From positions 124,001 through 188,000 of the forward strand of contig JAPMXV010000038.1 of assembly GCA_026936335.1 (NCBI GenBank): a DNA stretch of 64,000 nucleotides, written 5' to 3'. Shown one piece after another: positions 1 to 12,024 of the stretch. Under the pieces are notes generated by a model that did not search any database, had not been told where the DNA came from, and saw nothing but the letters and a program-made list of their open reading frames with translations. Source of the DNA: Mantamonas sphyraenae STR306 (Eukaryota; Protista; CRuMs). The position numbers were made by a program, and so were the translations under genes. How positions within the stretch are numbered: position 1 is the stretch's first letter; every line of letters starts with the position of its first letter.

Positions 1-2998
1 CCGTGCTTGATCCTCCCCCCGCTGGCATTTACAATGTTCTCGTCAAGGACGACAACAAGAAACTCACTCCGGCAGAGACCTATGCAAAGGTCGCTTCGGG
101 TCCCACCAACGCCTTCAAGGTATACTCCCCGGATGGAATTTACCAAGACTTGCCACGGTGGAAGCTGGGTGTGGACTGGAAGGTGCGCCTGCCAGAATTG
201 CCTCTGGTGCCCCTGGACGTTTCATTGTATCCCACCTCCGTCCCTCCGACAGGCTATTCGGAGGAAGCTGGACGTCTCATCGGCTACGTGGAGTGTACGA
301 CGCCGTACAAGTACATGGGCAACGAACGCGTGCGTTTCTCCACGCACATGTTGCTGCGCAACACCGTGGTCAGCCGGTCGAGTCGTACCCCCATGTGTGT
401 GGGCCTGGGTGTGGGTGGGTACCCTCCCGTGGCCACAATGACCATTGAATGGAAGGCCGGTCCGCCACGCTATGTGCTGATCGACTGTCCCGGCAACTTG
501 GTGGCCGCCGCAAAGACCCCCCTGGACTGCACTCTCAAAATGTCGGATGTGTCCAATCTGCCCGCCGATGTGTCGCTGTGGGATCGCTCCCGCCCCCCCG
601 TGGACTTTGTGCTCAACCTGACGGCGTTGGATGGCGACCTGGACCAAAACCGTCGCAAGGTTCTGTCCACCTCACGTGCACATTGGAATGGGACCAGTGA
701 GATGGTTTCCATGAACCAGGTGGTGTTGGACAAGCCCAGTGTGGGGCGTCGTGTGCTGGACGTGTACTTTGTCAACGAAAGCGCACGCTGGGATCCGTTT
801 CTCGAGTTCAACGACCTCACGGTGGCCGCATACCCATTGATTGTGGTGGTGCCTGGGCCTCCCGTGCGCATGCGTGTGACCCAAGCGTATTGGAGTCACG
901 TGACGGTGGCCACTGGCATCCCTGTGGCACCGTTGGATTGCTCGATTCTGCGGACAATCCCACGTGTGGAGCAGCCATGCCTGTGCTCACTGCAGACCTG
1001 GAGGGCACTTCCATCACCCAGGCGATGGACATCCAACCAGACCCGAATCCAAAGACGGGGGCAGTGTGTGCGTTGCAAACGAGCGGCAAGGGTACGGTGC
1101 AGCTGCAGTTTGGCACCACCTATCAGGTGCGTTTGGTGGACAACAGTGCGTTGAAGCTGCCTGTGGTGACAGTGCCCATGACCATGGCTTCGTGTGCCAC
1201 TGTCCACGGCGACGGATGGGTGCCGTGGGCCAGTGCCCCCGACGGATGTGCCTGTGCCCCGGGATCCAGATTGGACAACGACGGACGCTGTCGCACGTGT
1301 GTGCGTGGCACGTACCAACCCAGTGCCACGCTGGAAACAGAGTGTCGTCCCTGTCCCTATGGCACCACCAAGGATGCCGGTGCACGCAGTCTCGACGAGT
1401 GTCTGTGTGGCGTCAACGAGTACCTGTCCCAGGAGGTGGCCTCCAATGGCCAACACAAGTGTGTGCCCTGTCCCTCGCAGTTTGTGTGCGACGGTCGCCA
1501 CGCCGTGGTGGCCAAGGGCTTCTATCCCGACGCACGCAATGCCACCAATGCCTACCCGTGTCCAGTCACACACGCGTGTCAGGGCATGGGCAAGTGTGCA
1601 CAGGGCTACCAAGGTGTGTTGTGCTCCCAGTGTGCCTCGGACTATGGCCGTTCGGGCTCCCAGTGTCTGCATTGCGACTCGTTGGCCGTGGACATTTCCC
1701 TGTTGGTGCTGGGTGGTCTCGTGGCCATGGCAGTGATTGTGTGGTTCATTGTCCACTACCTTCGCCCGTCCAAGGTGTTGTACAACGTGGGCATGCGTGT
1801 GGAACGCAGTGTGTGGAACACCCCGCCCACCCTCGTGGTCAAGATCCTCCTCAATCACGTCCAGGCCATTTCTGTGTTCAGTTCCATCACCGTCAACTGG
1901 ACCCAGGCCTCCCACCAGCTCTTCACCGTCAGTGACACGGCCAACTTTGCCCTGGATGCGGCGCCCCTCAACTGCGTGGCCAGCAATCCCACCCTGGACC
2001 AACGCTTCTTTGCGTACGCCCTCATGCCCCTGGCCACTGTGTTGCTGGCCCTGCTGGTGCGCAGTGTGCAGATCTGGGCGGAGGAAGGGCGTGTGAATTG
2101 GCGAGAGGCTTGGGCGATGATGCAGCATCGGGTCATGCCCATGGCACGCATCATGGTCTTTCTCGTCCATCTGCTGGTGTTGCGCATGAGCACACAGCTG
2201 CTCAGCGGGTGCACGCAGTTTGGCAATGACTTTGTGTTGCGTGCAGACACGCGCATCCATTGTTTGGAAGGTGGCTTTGTGTGGACCCAACTCGGCGTGG
2301 GATTGGTTGCCCTGCTCGAGTGCATCCTGCTGCCCCTGTACATTCTCTACCAACTGTGGCAACACCACAACCAGGGTCGTTTGGGTTCCCCCGAGGTCTG
2401 GGATGGCTACCACTTCTTCTACGACTCCTACCGTCCAGCCAGCTTCCTCTACGACTTTGTCATCCTGGCACGCAAGAGTGCCCTCGTGGCCGTGGCCATT
2501 CTGTTTGTCAAGAGTCCCATGGTGCAGCTGTACATGGGCAGCACCATCATGCTGGTGGCCTTGGTTGTCCAACAGTGGCTGTCTCCGTACAAGTACTTTG
2601 TGCTCACCGTCCTGGAGAACCTCAGCCTCATGGTGGGATTGGCCACCCTGCAGACCGGCATGCTTGTGGTCCATCCGGTCAACAGCACCGCAGACTCGGC
2701 TGCTCGCGAAATCAGTGGCTGGGTCGTCGTCGGACTCAATGTCCTCTTTATCGTCGCCGGCGTGGGCATGATCCTCACCATGGTGTGGCGACGTGCACGC
2801 AGCATCATCAGCCGCAGTATTGCCAAGAGTGAACTGCGAGAGTTGGATTCCATGCTGACCACACGCATGCTCGACGACCAGGACGCCACCGTCCTCGCAG
2901 GTGATTCCGTCGAAGGCAGCCTCGACATGTTTGCCACCGGCAAGCGCCAATCACACCGTTATGGAGGGGTCGGAACGAGGGAGGGGGAGAGTGGGTGA
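1..2998 (+). CDS. Large membrane protein (5' truncated): extracellular region with Cys-rich ephrin-receptor-like/GCC2-GCC3 repeats, then a multi-TM TRP-like C-terminal domain; apparent 1-nt frameshift near 921
   Basis: ORF 3..1154 joins ORF 890..2998 if one C is added in 'atccctgt' (~920), giving TGIPCGTVGLLDSADN. Cys repeats CRTCVRGTYQP and CRPCPYGTT; many hydrophobic helices; YHFFYDSYRP...LARK and SPYK...LENLSL motifs typical of this protist membrane family. Confidence 0.7.
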
Positions 2999-3059
2999 CA
3001 GGAATGAGGAATGGATCAATGTGCTCCACCTGGCACAGTGAAAATCCGCAGCAACAACC

Positions 3060-4040
3060 ATGTCTTCCTTTGCCAACCATGTGCAGGCATTGGAACCGTG
3101 TTTCATGGCATTTGCCCTGCGGGATGGATCCAAGGCGTGTTGTGCTGTTCGTCACCAACGTGACCAGCTCTTGCTACAAGCCACCAGTGGCGTGGAGCAG
3201 CTGTGGGAGTTGCGACTTGGGGAAGCGCTGCTGCAGGAACAGGTACCGTTGTGTGTGGCACATGAGAGAGTGTGTGTGTGTGTGTGTGCGTGTGTGTTTA
3301 TTGTGAATGTGTGGCACTCACACATGGCATGGTTCCCACAGAGGAGTGCTCTGTTTGGCAAATCAGCCACCTGGGCAACCTACTTTGCCAGCCTGCAGAA
3401 CGCCTGTGCCGGACCCAACGCAGAATTCAGTGTACAGATGAACACAAGAATGGTGTCCACTACGGGAGCAGATGGCGACGACATTCAGGATCATAGCTCG
3501 TCGCAGCAGCAGCAGGTGGGTAGCAAGAGGAAACGAGACGACACCTCTTCCTCCTCCTCTTCCAGCAGCACTGTGCAGGTGTGCACCGTCACCGCCACAA
3601 ACTCGCATGAGGGGGTGCCTTTTTCATTTGACCTGTGCCCGGTCACCGATGACACGGAGTATGTGCAGGAACAGGTGGCAGAGCTGTTGTGCATCATGGC
3701 CCAGCGTTGTCAGGAACAGGCTCGCCTGGACCACGCCAACCGCTTGCAGCAACAGCAACTCAAAATCCAAGAGCTGCAAGAACAGGTGCGTGACCTCACT
3801 ACAGCTGCAGCCAAGGCAGAAGCAGCAGCAGCATCAGCAGCATCCTCCTCCTCCTCCTCCTCTTCTTCGTGGTCGGGCTCAGCACTGCTTGACTCAGTGG
3901 ATGGAGATCACGCTGGCGAGGCCACCCGAAGTGCCGCCGTCACATCCAAAGGACAAACCACGGTGGCCAAAGGCATGGATGTGGTCAACCCAGCGTTCAA
4001 GAGGCGACACAAGCATGCACGGGGAGCCAAGTTTGGATGA
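3060..4040 (+). CDS. PAXX: PAXX-like NHEJ accessory factor (XRCC4/XLF superfamily); exons 3060-3242, 3342-4040
   Basis: Head domain LLLQATSGVEQLWELRL...FSFDLCPV, a coiled coil, and a C-terminal GMDVVNPAFKRRHKHARGAKFG resembling the PAXX Ku-binding tail (GESLINPGFKSKKPAGGVDF). GT-AG intron 3243-3341. Confidence 0.7.
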   Translation: MSSFANHVQALEPCFMAFALRDGSKACCAVRHQRDQLLLQATSGVEQLWELRLGEALLQEQVPLCVAHERVCVCVCACVFIVNVWHSHMAWFPQRSALFGKSATWATYFASLQNACAGPNAEFSVQMNTRMVSTTGADGDDIQDHSSSQQQQVGSKRKRDDTSSSSSSSSTVQVCTVTATNSHEGVPFSFDLCPVTDDTEYVQEQVAELLCIMAQRCQEQARLDHANRLQQQQLKIQELQEQVRDLTTAAAKAEAAAASAASSSSSSSSSWSGSALLDSVDGDHAGEATRSAAVTSKGQTTVAKGMDVVNPAFKRRHKHARGAKFG

Positions 4041-4088
4041 ACAAAATCAATCATTTTCGTTCTGTTCCACCGCACCTGCTGCCGCCCG

Positions 4089-6514
4089 TCAAATGGACCA
4101 TGGCTTGCTGAGACGAAGGGCACAGAGAACCAATCCGACCATGGAATAGGTCTGCGGTGTGTTGCCCCAGTGTTCCAGACTCTCGGGATCCAAGTCTTCG
4201 GAGAAGAGTCCGACGTGGTTGGCACACCCGAGGATGGTTTCAAAGAGCTCACGTGCCTCATCGACACGGCCCACGCCATGCAGGGCTTGAACAAACCAAA
4301 AGGTACACACGGTGAAGCCATTGTGCTGGAATCCAAAGTCGTCCTGGATGGCGTAGCGTTTGATCTGGTGGCCCACCTTGAGTTGCTTCTCAATCTCGTT
4401 GACCGTGGCTACAAAGCGCTCGTCCATGGCTTCCACAAAGCCCATCTCGGGCAGAAGGAGGAGGACGGCGTCCACGTCGGCACCACCAAACGACTCCACA
4501 AAGGTGTTGAGCTCCTCGTTCCATGCCTCGCGCACAATCAAGGCGTGCATCTCGGTGGCTCGATCCGACCAGAACTCGGCACGCTGGGGCTTGTCCAGTT
4601 TGGCAGCAATGGTGGCCAGGCGATCGCAGGCAGCCCAACACATGACGGCACTAAAGGTGTGCACACTCTCCAGCTCACGCAACTCCCAAATGCCCGCATC
4701 GGGCTTATCGTAGCACGCGTATGCCGCCTCACCCAGGTTCTCCAGCTTGTCAAACAGCTGCTGGGCCCCTTTGTAGTGGAAGCGTTCGTCAAAGAAGATC
4801 TGCGTGGCAGAGAGCACCACGGCACCGTACACGTCGTTCTGCACCTGCGAGTATGCTGCGTTGCCCACACGCACGGGTCCCATGCCACGGTACCCTGCCA
4901 ATGTCTCCACAAGCACCTCTTCAATCTCCGTCTCCAGCGAGATGCCGTACAGCGGCTGCAGTTGGATCTCCCCGCCTTCGTTCGTCGCGGCGTTGGAGAT
5001 GATGTTTGTGATGAACGTCATAAACTTCTGCATCGTGTACGTGTCTCCCAGTCTGTTGAGTGCGTTGATCTGTGTGTGTGTGTGTGTGTGTGTGTGCGCA
5101 AGTCAGCATGAAACACTCGCCCAGGTTCCAATCCCCTTCCCTTTGCCCCTTCCCTCCACCAACACACACACACACACACAAAACCCACCGAAAAGAAGCT
5201 GTCACGCAGCCAACAGAAGCGGTAATCCCAGTTTCGTCCGGAATCCGGATACTCTGGGATGGAGGTGGTGAGAGCGGCGACGAGTGCGCCGGTGTCTTCG
5301 ACGCTGCAGAGCTTGAGGGTGATTGCAGAGCGGATGACAGCACTCTGCCATTCAAAGGGCACGGCCAGGTTGCGCACATAGTCACCCCAAAAGTCGGTTG
5401 TGTTGTCCAGAAACTCACGTGCGACGTCGTGGATGCTGCGTGTGACACTCTCGTCGGGACCCAGGAGCATGACGATCTTGTCTTCCAGGACAAAGGGCAC
5501 CTCACCCCAAAGGTAGGCCATGGGCACGTCTGTGGTCAAACGCACACTGCTGCTGCCCACGTAGTAACGCATGTGGTTGCTGCCTGCCTTGGTGCGTGCT
5601 GCGTGGCGTCCATAACTGGCGGCAGGACGACAACGCACGGCAATGCGTGGCATGCCCTCCAACGGTTCTACAATGCGCACAATGGAGTACGGGTGGAACA
5701 CTCGTCCAAACTGCTTGAACCGCGGGCAAAAGTCGGTGATCAACACCCCGGCTCCGCTCTTGTCGTACAGACGTGTGCTCAACACAGCCGTGTTGGTCAC
5801 ATACTCCTGCTCACTGTACGCAAAGTCGTCCAGTTTGATGTCCCAGAAGCCAATGCGACCCTCGTCTTGGTCACCCTCTTCCTCCTCGTCGTTGTTCTCC
5901 CCTTCCCCTTCGGCGGCGCCCTCTTTGGAGGCCGCCGTCTTGTTGTGCGTCTTGTTCAGCGTCTGGTACTTGTCCACAGTCCACATCTGTCCACGCACGC
6001 CTGGTTTGGCACTGTTGCTTCCACTGCTGCTGCCCGTGGACTTTTGTTCCACCTCTGCCGTCTCGTGCGCCGGTGTCAAAGGTGCGGGTTTGGTCAGCAC
6101 CGACGAGCTGCTTCGCTGCGTCTCTGCCGCCTCGCTGTCCTCCTCTGCAGGCGTCGGACTCAACAGGTCGCAGAAGATGGGATCCCCATCAAATTGCGGA
6201 TAGCATGACTGCACGAGTGAGTGTGTGAGAGTGTGTGAGAGTGTGTGTGTGAACGTGAGGGTCAGTTTGCATGGCATGCTTGCAACCTTCCCACCCGCGG
6301 GGTTTTCTTCCTCCTCCCCTTCCTTGCACACCCACCCCTTGCACACCCTTCCACCGTGTTTGGGTGACATGTGTGTACTTACCCACACAATTCGTCCTTG
6401 CTTGTTCACCAGTGCTGCAGCTGTACCGTTGCCAATGACGGCGACGTCTACGCTCTGTGTGTCGGGTGGCCATTGTGGCCGGCGTGTGAGTCGTCCTCCA
6501 CCCATCTCATCCAT
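4089..6514 (-). CDS. Glycoside hydrolase family 15 (trehalase/glucoamylase-like); introns 6209-6382 and 5070-5188
   Basis: VIGNGTAAALV...CYPQFDGDPIF N-terminus; AALTTSIPE, RNWDYRFCWLRD, QNDVYG, PDAGIWELR, GLFSEDLD, GNTPQTYS motifs. Both GT-AG introns give a continuous frame when removed. Confidence 0.9.
5071..5180. repeat. Complementary (TG)n 5071-5097 and (CA)n 5162-5180 microsatellites at the two ends of one intron
   Basis: Read directly; both lie inside GH15 intron 5070-5188. Confidence 0.95.
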
Positions 6515-6652
6515 CTCCCTCCCTCCTTCCTTTCCTTCCCTCCATCCCTCCTTTTGCCCATTCCCTCTCCTACCATTGCCAAATCAGGTGGAACAGCACC
6601 CGCCCCCGCCCTCCCCACTTGCACACCCATCCCAAACACACACTCACTCACC

Positions 6653-8452
6653 ATGTCCATTTCCAAGATGAGTTGGCCCTTGTCCAACATCAAAGGACGC
6701 AGTGGGAACGTGGGCGTGGTTGTGCAACGTCTGCTGCCAGCCAAGGGCTCTGCAAAGGAGCCGGAATTGTCGCCGCTGAGCTCGCTGCTGCAACTGGACG
6801 CCCAGGCGTTGGCAGCACACAGTCAGCTGAATGAAAACAAGGCAGGCACCCTGGCCATGTTCCATGGTGTGCCATGCGATGGCTCGTTGACCGGTGGCAA
6901 GGAGGAGCGAGTCTCTGTGTGTGTGATCAACGTGCCGGCGGAGGGTAGCACCCTCTGGGGCGACGAGGTTGCAACCGTGGAGAGTGCAGCTGCAGAAACA
7001 CAGGAAGAAACGGATCAGCGTGTTCGCAAGTCGTACGCAGCAGACATGCTGGTGCGTGGCTATGCGGCACAGGCAGCACAGGCACTCAACGAAGCGGCGG
7101 TGCGGGAGATTGTGGCGGACGGGAGTGTGTTTCCCAAAGCGGTGGCAGAGGGCCAACATCTGGGACTCTACAATTACAAGAACGAGCTGAAGAAAGGGTT
7201 GGCATCGTCCAAGGGGGTGGAGTGGCCGCACATGGATGTGGGTGTGTGGTTGGACAGTGGGGTGGAGGAGAAACACATTGTGGGGGCTGGCAAGCCCGTG
7301 GACGTGGTGAACAATGCTCACCTGCAGGGATGGGCACAGAACTATGCACGCCATCTGATGGAACTGCCCAGCAACAACCTGACACCCAAGCTGTTTGCCA
7401 AGACGTGTGAGCAGTTTGTGGGGGAGTTGGTGAGTGCGTTGAACCCAGGTGCACAGTTGCAGGTGGAGGCCCATCCGCACGAGTGGATTGTGCAACAGAA
7501 CATGGGTGCGTTTTTGGGTGTGGCCATGGGTGGCATCACTGTCGATGACCATCTCCCGTACCTGGTGGAGGCTACCTACACCGGACGACCAGACACAGAC
7601 GCCCTGGATCTGGCCCTGGTTGGCAAGGGTGTCACCTTTGACACGGGTGGATACAGCATCAAACCCAGTGCCAACATGGGCCTCATGAAGGGTGACATGG
7701 GTGGCGCTGCTGTCTGCACGGCCACATTCGGTGCCATCGCTGCTGCGGGTCTGCCTTTGAATGTCAAACTGCTTGTGCCTCTCACAGAGAATCTGGTGTC
7801 TGCCACAGCCACCAAGCCCGGCGATGTCATTGTCGCTCGCAATGGCAAGAGCATCGAGGTGGACAACACAGACGCAGAGGGCAGGCTCATCCTTGCCGAT
7901 GCCCTCGATTATGCCCTCGACTTTAGTCCAAACACCATTGTGGACGTGGCCACCCTCACCGGTGCCATGGAGGTGGCTCTGGGCAGCGCCGTCACAGGCG
8001 TGTTTTGCAGCGATGATACCATGTGGTCTCAACTCCACCATGCCGGCCTGGTTGCAGGCGACGAGTTCTGGCGTATGCCCCTGCGTGAAGAGTACACCCA
8101 GATGATGCGCGTCAGCGACGTGGCGGACCTGCGCAACGCAGGCGCTCGCGGCGCAGGTGCCTGCACGGCCGCAGCCTTCTTGCAGGAGTTTGTCAACATC
8201 AACCTCGACGGAGGTATGTACAATGCACGCGCGCTGGTGGAAAACAATGGCAACAGCGACACCACCAGCAGCCAGGCGGAAATGGACGGCGGCGACCGGG
8301 CCGTCAAACGCTGGGCGCACTTGGACATTGCCGGAGTCATGACGTCCACAGGCAAGCCTGCACACCTCGTCAAGGGCATGAGCGGACGTCCCACGCGTTC
8401 CCTGTACTCGTTCGCTCACATCATGGCCGACGCCATCGAGAAAGAAATGTAG
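6653..8452 (+). CDS. LAP3: Leucyl aminopeptidase, M17 family
   Basis: GKGVTFDTGG, MKGDMGGAA, NTDAEGRLILAD, DVATLTGA, WAHLDIAG. Intronless; ATG 6653 follows a CA-rich leader. Confidence 0.93.
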   Translation: MSISKMSWPLSNIKGRSGNVGVVVQRLLPAKGSAKEPELSPLSSLLQLDAQALAAHSQLNENKAGTLAMFHGVPCDGSLTGGKEERVSVCVINVPAEGSTLWGDEVATVESAAAETQEETDQRVRKSYAADMLVRGYAAQAAQALNEAAVREIVADGSVFPKAVAEGQHLGLYNYKNELKKGLASSKGVEWPHMDVGVWLDSGVEEKHIVGAGKPVDVVNNAHLQGWAQNYARHLMELPSNNLTPKLFAKTCEQFVGELVSALNPGAQLQVEAHPHEWIVQQNMGAFLGVAMGGITVDDHLPYLVEATYTGRPDTDALDLALVGKGVTFDTGGYSIKPSANMGLMKGDMGGAAVCTATFGAIAAAGLPLNVKLLVPLTENLVSATATKPGDVIVARNGKSIEVDNTDAEGRLILADALDYALDFSPNTIVDVATLTGAMEVALGSAVTGVFCSDDTMWSQLHHAGLVAGDEFWRMPLREEYTQMMRVSDVADLRNAGARGAGACTAAAFLQEFVNINLDGGMYNARALVENNGNSDTTSSQAEMDGGDRAVKRWAHLDIAGVMTSTGKPAHLVKGMSGRPTRSLYSFAHIMADAIEKEM

Positions 8453-8546
8453 TCGAGCAATGAACACTTCTTTTTTGATTCAAACCAAAATACACCATGG
8501 ACAACGCGAGCATCAATTTACATATGAATCAAAATTCCAGGCATCA

Positions 8547-10797
8547 TCACTGGCCTCGCTCCTTCTTGTTTGCAGCCAACCAGTCGTAGACTTCGCTGCT
8601 GAGAGTTTGCAGATCGGCAGTGGCCTTGCTGAGTTCCTTGAGTGTGACGGCGTCTCCAGAGTCGTAGAGCAGTTGTGTGCGGATGACGTTGTCCCGCAGA
8701 ATGTCGCGCTGAGGCTCGGTCAGGGCGCTGCCATACATCTCAATCTGCACCTTTGTCTGGCGAAGGGTGTTGTCTGCGTTCATGCGTGCCTCTGCCCACA
8801 TGCGTGCCTTGCGGTCCTGCTTCTTGGCAGCGATGGCTTCGTTCAGCCGAGCCTGCACCTCTTCCTCGTGCAGGCCGCTGTGTGCCTCGACCAGCACCGA
8901 TGCCTGCTTGCCACTTTCTCTGTCCTTGGCATGTACGTTGAGGACGCCGTTGCTGTCCACGTCAAAGGTGACCTGGATCTGCAGGGCGCCACGCGGGGCC
9001 GGCGGCAGATCGGTGAGCTGAAAGTCGGCAAGGAGGGTGTTGTCGGCGGCCATTTCTCGCTCGCCCTGGTAGACCTTAAAGTCGATCTTTGTGAGACCAT
9101 CGATGCCGTTTGTGTACACCTCGCTGGCACGATGGGGCACGGTGGAACCACGCGGGATGACCTTCTCAAAGAGGCCGCCCATGGTCTCTATGCCCAGGGA
9201 AAGGGGCACAATGTCGAGCAAGAGGACGTCATCGAGTTCACCACGCAGGACGGCAGCCTGGATGGCAGCACCTGCCGCGACACTCTTGTCCGGGTCGACG
9301 GTGTGTCGAATGGGTCTGTCAAACTCAGCCTGGAGTCGTTCGAGAACCATGGGCATGCGTGTCATGCCACCGACGACCAACACCTCACGGATGTCATTCT
9401 TGGACAGGCCAGCATCACGGAGACATTGTCGCACAGGTTCGATGGTGGCCTCGACGAGATCCTTGCACATGTCGTTGAACTCGTAGCGATGGACGACGTC
9501 GTCGTAATGATGGGCCCCCACAAGGTAGGGCAGGTTGATGTGTGCCTCCAGACTGCTGTCCAACTTGACCTTGACCTGTTGCGCGGCGTCGGCGATGCGT
9601 TGCATGGCATACCTGTTCTGACGGATGTCAAAGCCAGCCTTGCGCGCAAACCCATCGGCAATGTGTTAACGAGTCGAGCGTCAAAGTCATTGCCACCCAG
9701 GTGGGTGTTGCCACACGACGCCTTGACCTCGTGCAATCCCTGGGTCAGGGAGAGCACAGACACATCCAGGGTGCCACCACCCAGATCATACACCAGCACA
9801 TGACCATCCTCCCCCCTCCTATCCCACGAGTCGGTGTTGCTGGAGCTGTGGTTATAATAATCACCCCAACCACCACCACTCATGGTCTTGGTCATGTTGT
9901 CACCCACTCCCATTCCATAAGCCATGGCCGCTGCTGTGGGTTCGTTGATCACCCGGCGCACATTGAGTCCTGCCATGCGTCCTGCATCGATGGTGGCTTG
10001 GCGTTGGGCGTCGTTGAAGTACGCTGGCACTGTGATCACTGCATCCTCCACCTCCATACCAAGGTAGTTCTCTGCCGTGCGTCTCAAGTGTGCCAACACA
10101 TGTGAGGCAATCTCGGAGGGTGAGTACAGTGAGCCGTCTGTGGTGGCCACCCAAGCGTCGTTGTTCCGTGGATTGCCCACCACCGCATATGCCACTGTCT
10201 TTGCATGTGCCTGCACCTCCTCATCGTCAATCTTGCGTCCAATGAGTCGTTTGGTGCCGGAGAATGTGTTTTGTGGGTTGTGCACCCCCTGCCGTTCCGC
10301 CTCTTTGCCCACCAGGATCAGACGCTGCTTCTCGTCTGCCCCCAGCTTGGCCGCAGCACTGCCCACATGGTTTTCCATGGGGATGATGGCCACCTGTGAC
10401 GGAATCACCGTGTTTCCTTGGGTTGGTATGGTGGTATGGTGGGTGGGTCGCCCCCCCCCACGCGTCGGTGTGTGGGTGTCAGCAATGCGCCGGAATTGAC
10501 ACTCGCGAACTCTCCGACTGATTGGCACACACACAGACTCACACACATACCATGGTCATCCTCAATGATGCGCACTTCATTGCCCAGTTCAGGAAGCATG
10601 ATAGCCACGCAGGAGTTTGTGGTGCCAAGGTCGATTCCAACCACGGGTGGGCTGTGTTTGCCCGCGTCGGTGGCCATGGAGCGTTCTGATGGACTGCAAC
10701 TCATGGTCGCCATCCTCCAGGGACTGATCATCACAGCTGGCAATCGTGCCGTGGATGGCAATGACAATGATGATGATGATGACCATCGTGCAAACAT
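8547..10797 (-). CDS. Divergent mitochondrial-type Hsp70 (DnaK family); intron 10417-10550; apparent 1-nt frameshift near 9667
   Basis: [40 protein letters not shown] (mitochondrial/alphaproteobacterial signature), [14 protein letters not shown]. Ser/Arg-rich presequence MFARWSS. Adding one base at 'gttaa^cac' restores [26 protein letters not shown]. Confidence 0.88.
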
Positions 10798-10881
10798 GAT
10801 GGATGGATTTTGGAGGGTTTGGTTGGGTGGGGTCGGGGTCGTCAGCACGCAGCCCCAACAAACGCAACTCATTCCCTCTCC
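10798..10881. promoter_or_regulatory. Probable bidirectional promoter between mtHsp70-like and TIM23
   Basis: 84 nt between divergent ATGs; G/T-rich left half and C/A-rich right half, so each leader is CA-rich on its own strand. Confidence 0.55.
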
Positions 10882-11896
10882 ATGTCCACCACAGACGAGC
10901 ACAGCAGCAGCAGCAGTGGTGCCAGCGAGGACAGCAGCAATGGCAGTGGCAAGGGAGGAGGAGTGGATCCGATGGCCATGTTTGCGGTGGCACCTCCCCC
11001 CGGGATGATGGGGGAGGACGAGAAGCAGCAACACAAGGACGAGGGACCCAACCAGGCGGAATTGCTGTCATTGGGCGAGGACGACGACACATTGCACACT
11101 CGACTGTATGAATACGGGGACTTTTCCTACCTTACCGAGTCGTTTGATCGCATCACAGAGTACCGTGCCACCAGTGTGGAGGTGGCCGACGCCCTGCGAG
11201 GCAAGCAGGTGGAGCTGGACGACATCTACGTGGGCGAGGAGGAGTATGGCATGGGCACAAAGTGGTACGAACGTGTCACCATGAACACAGGCTACAGTCT
11301 CGTTGGAGGTACGTGTGTGCATCGCCCTCTCTGTCCACGTGTTGCCGTCGGAAATTCTGCCGACATGCGCTGCCCCAGAGTCGCACACTCCCACACACCC
11401 CACTCCGCCATCACCAGCACTAGAAAGGGGGGGTTGGGGGGAGAAAGAGGTATACTGACACACATGCTGGATTGCACACCCACACCACACACCCACACAC
11501 CCACACACCACAACAGGCGGACTGGTGGGAGCAGGGTTTGGAGCCATCGAGGGGTTCCGTGCGTCGCGTGGGGAACCGCGACGCATTGTGATCAACAGGG
11601 TGCTCAACGACGTGTCCAGGAGGGCCAATGCAGCGTCGGTGTCTCTGGGCATGCTTGCTATGATCTACACCAACACAGACCAGGTGCTTGCGCGTGTGGC
11701 GTACGGCCCAGCCGACCCCCCCGATGCCCTGACAGGATTGACGGCTGCAACCATCACAGGTGCCCTCTACCAGTCACGTACAGGCGAACCCACAAAGATG
11801 TTGCGTGGTGCCCTCTTCCTCCTTGCCTCCTCCGCTGTCTGGCACTTTGCCGTCAAGCCTGTGCTCAGTGACAACAAGCGGCCACCCAGGCGATAG
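10882..11896 (+). CDS. TIM23: Mitochondrial import translocase subunit Tim23; intron 11309-11516
   Basis: Acidic N-terminal IMS region, then WYERVTMNTGYSLVGGGLVGAGFGAIEG...INRVLN...SLGMLAMIY...AATITGALY (Tim17/22/23 family, Tim23 type). Confidence 0.8.
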
Positions 11897-11901
11897 AGGA
11901 G

Positions 11902-11904
<3 letters not shown>

Positions 11905-11941
<37 letters not shown>
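11905..11941. repeat. (CA)n microsatellite between the convergent TIM23 and ENKD1 genes
   Basis: Read directly. Confidence 0.95.
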
Positions 11942-11944
<3 letters not shown>

Positions 11945-12024
11945 GTGCCTTCAAAAAGAGACAAGGGAAAGGGGATCAACGAGGGAATGCATTGTTTCAG
12001 CACAGCACAGCACAGCACATCTCA

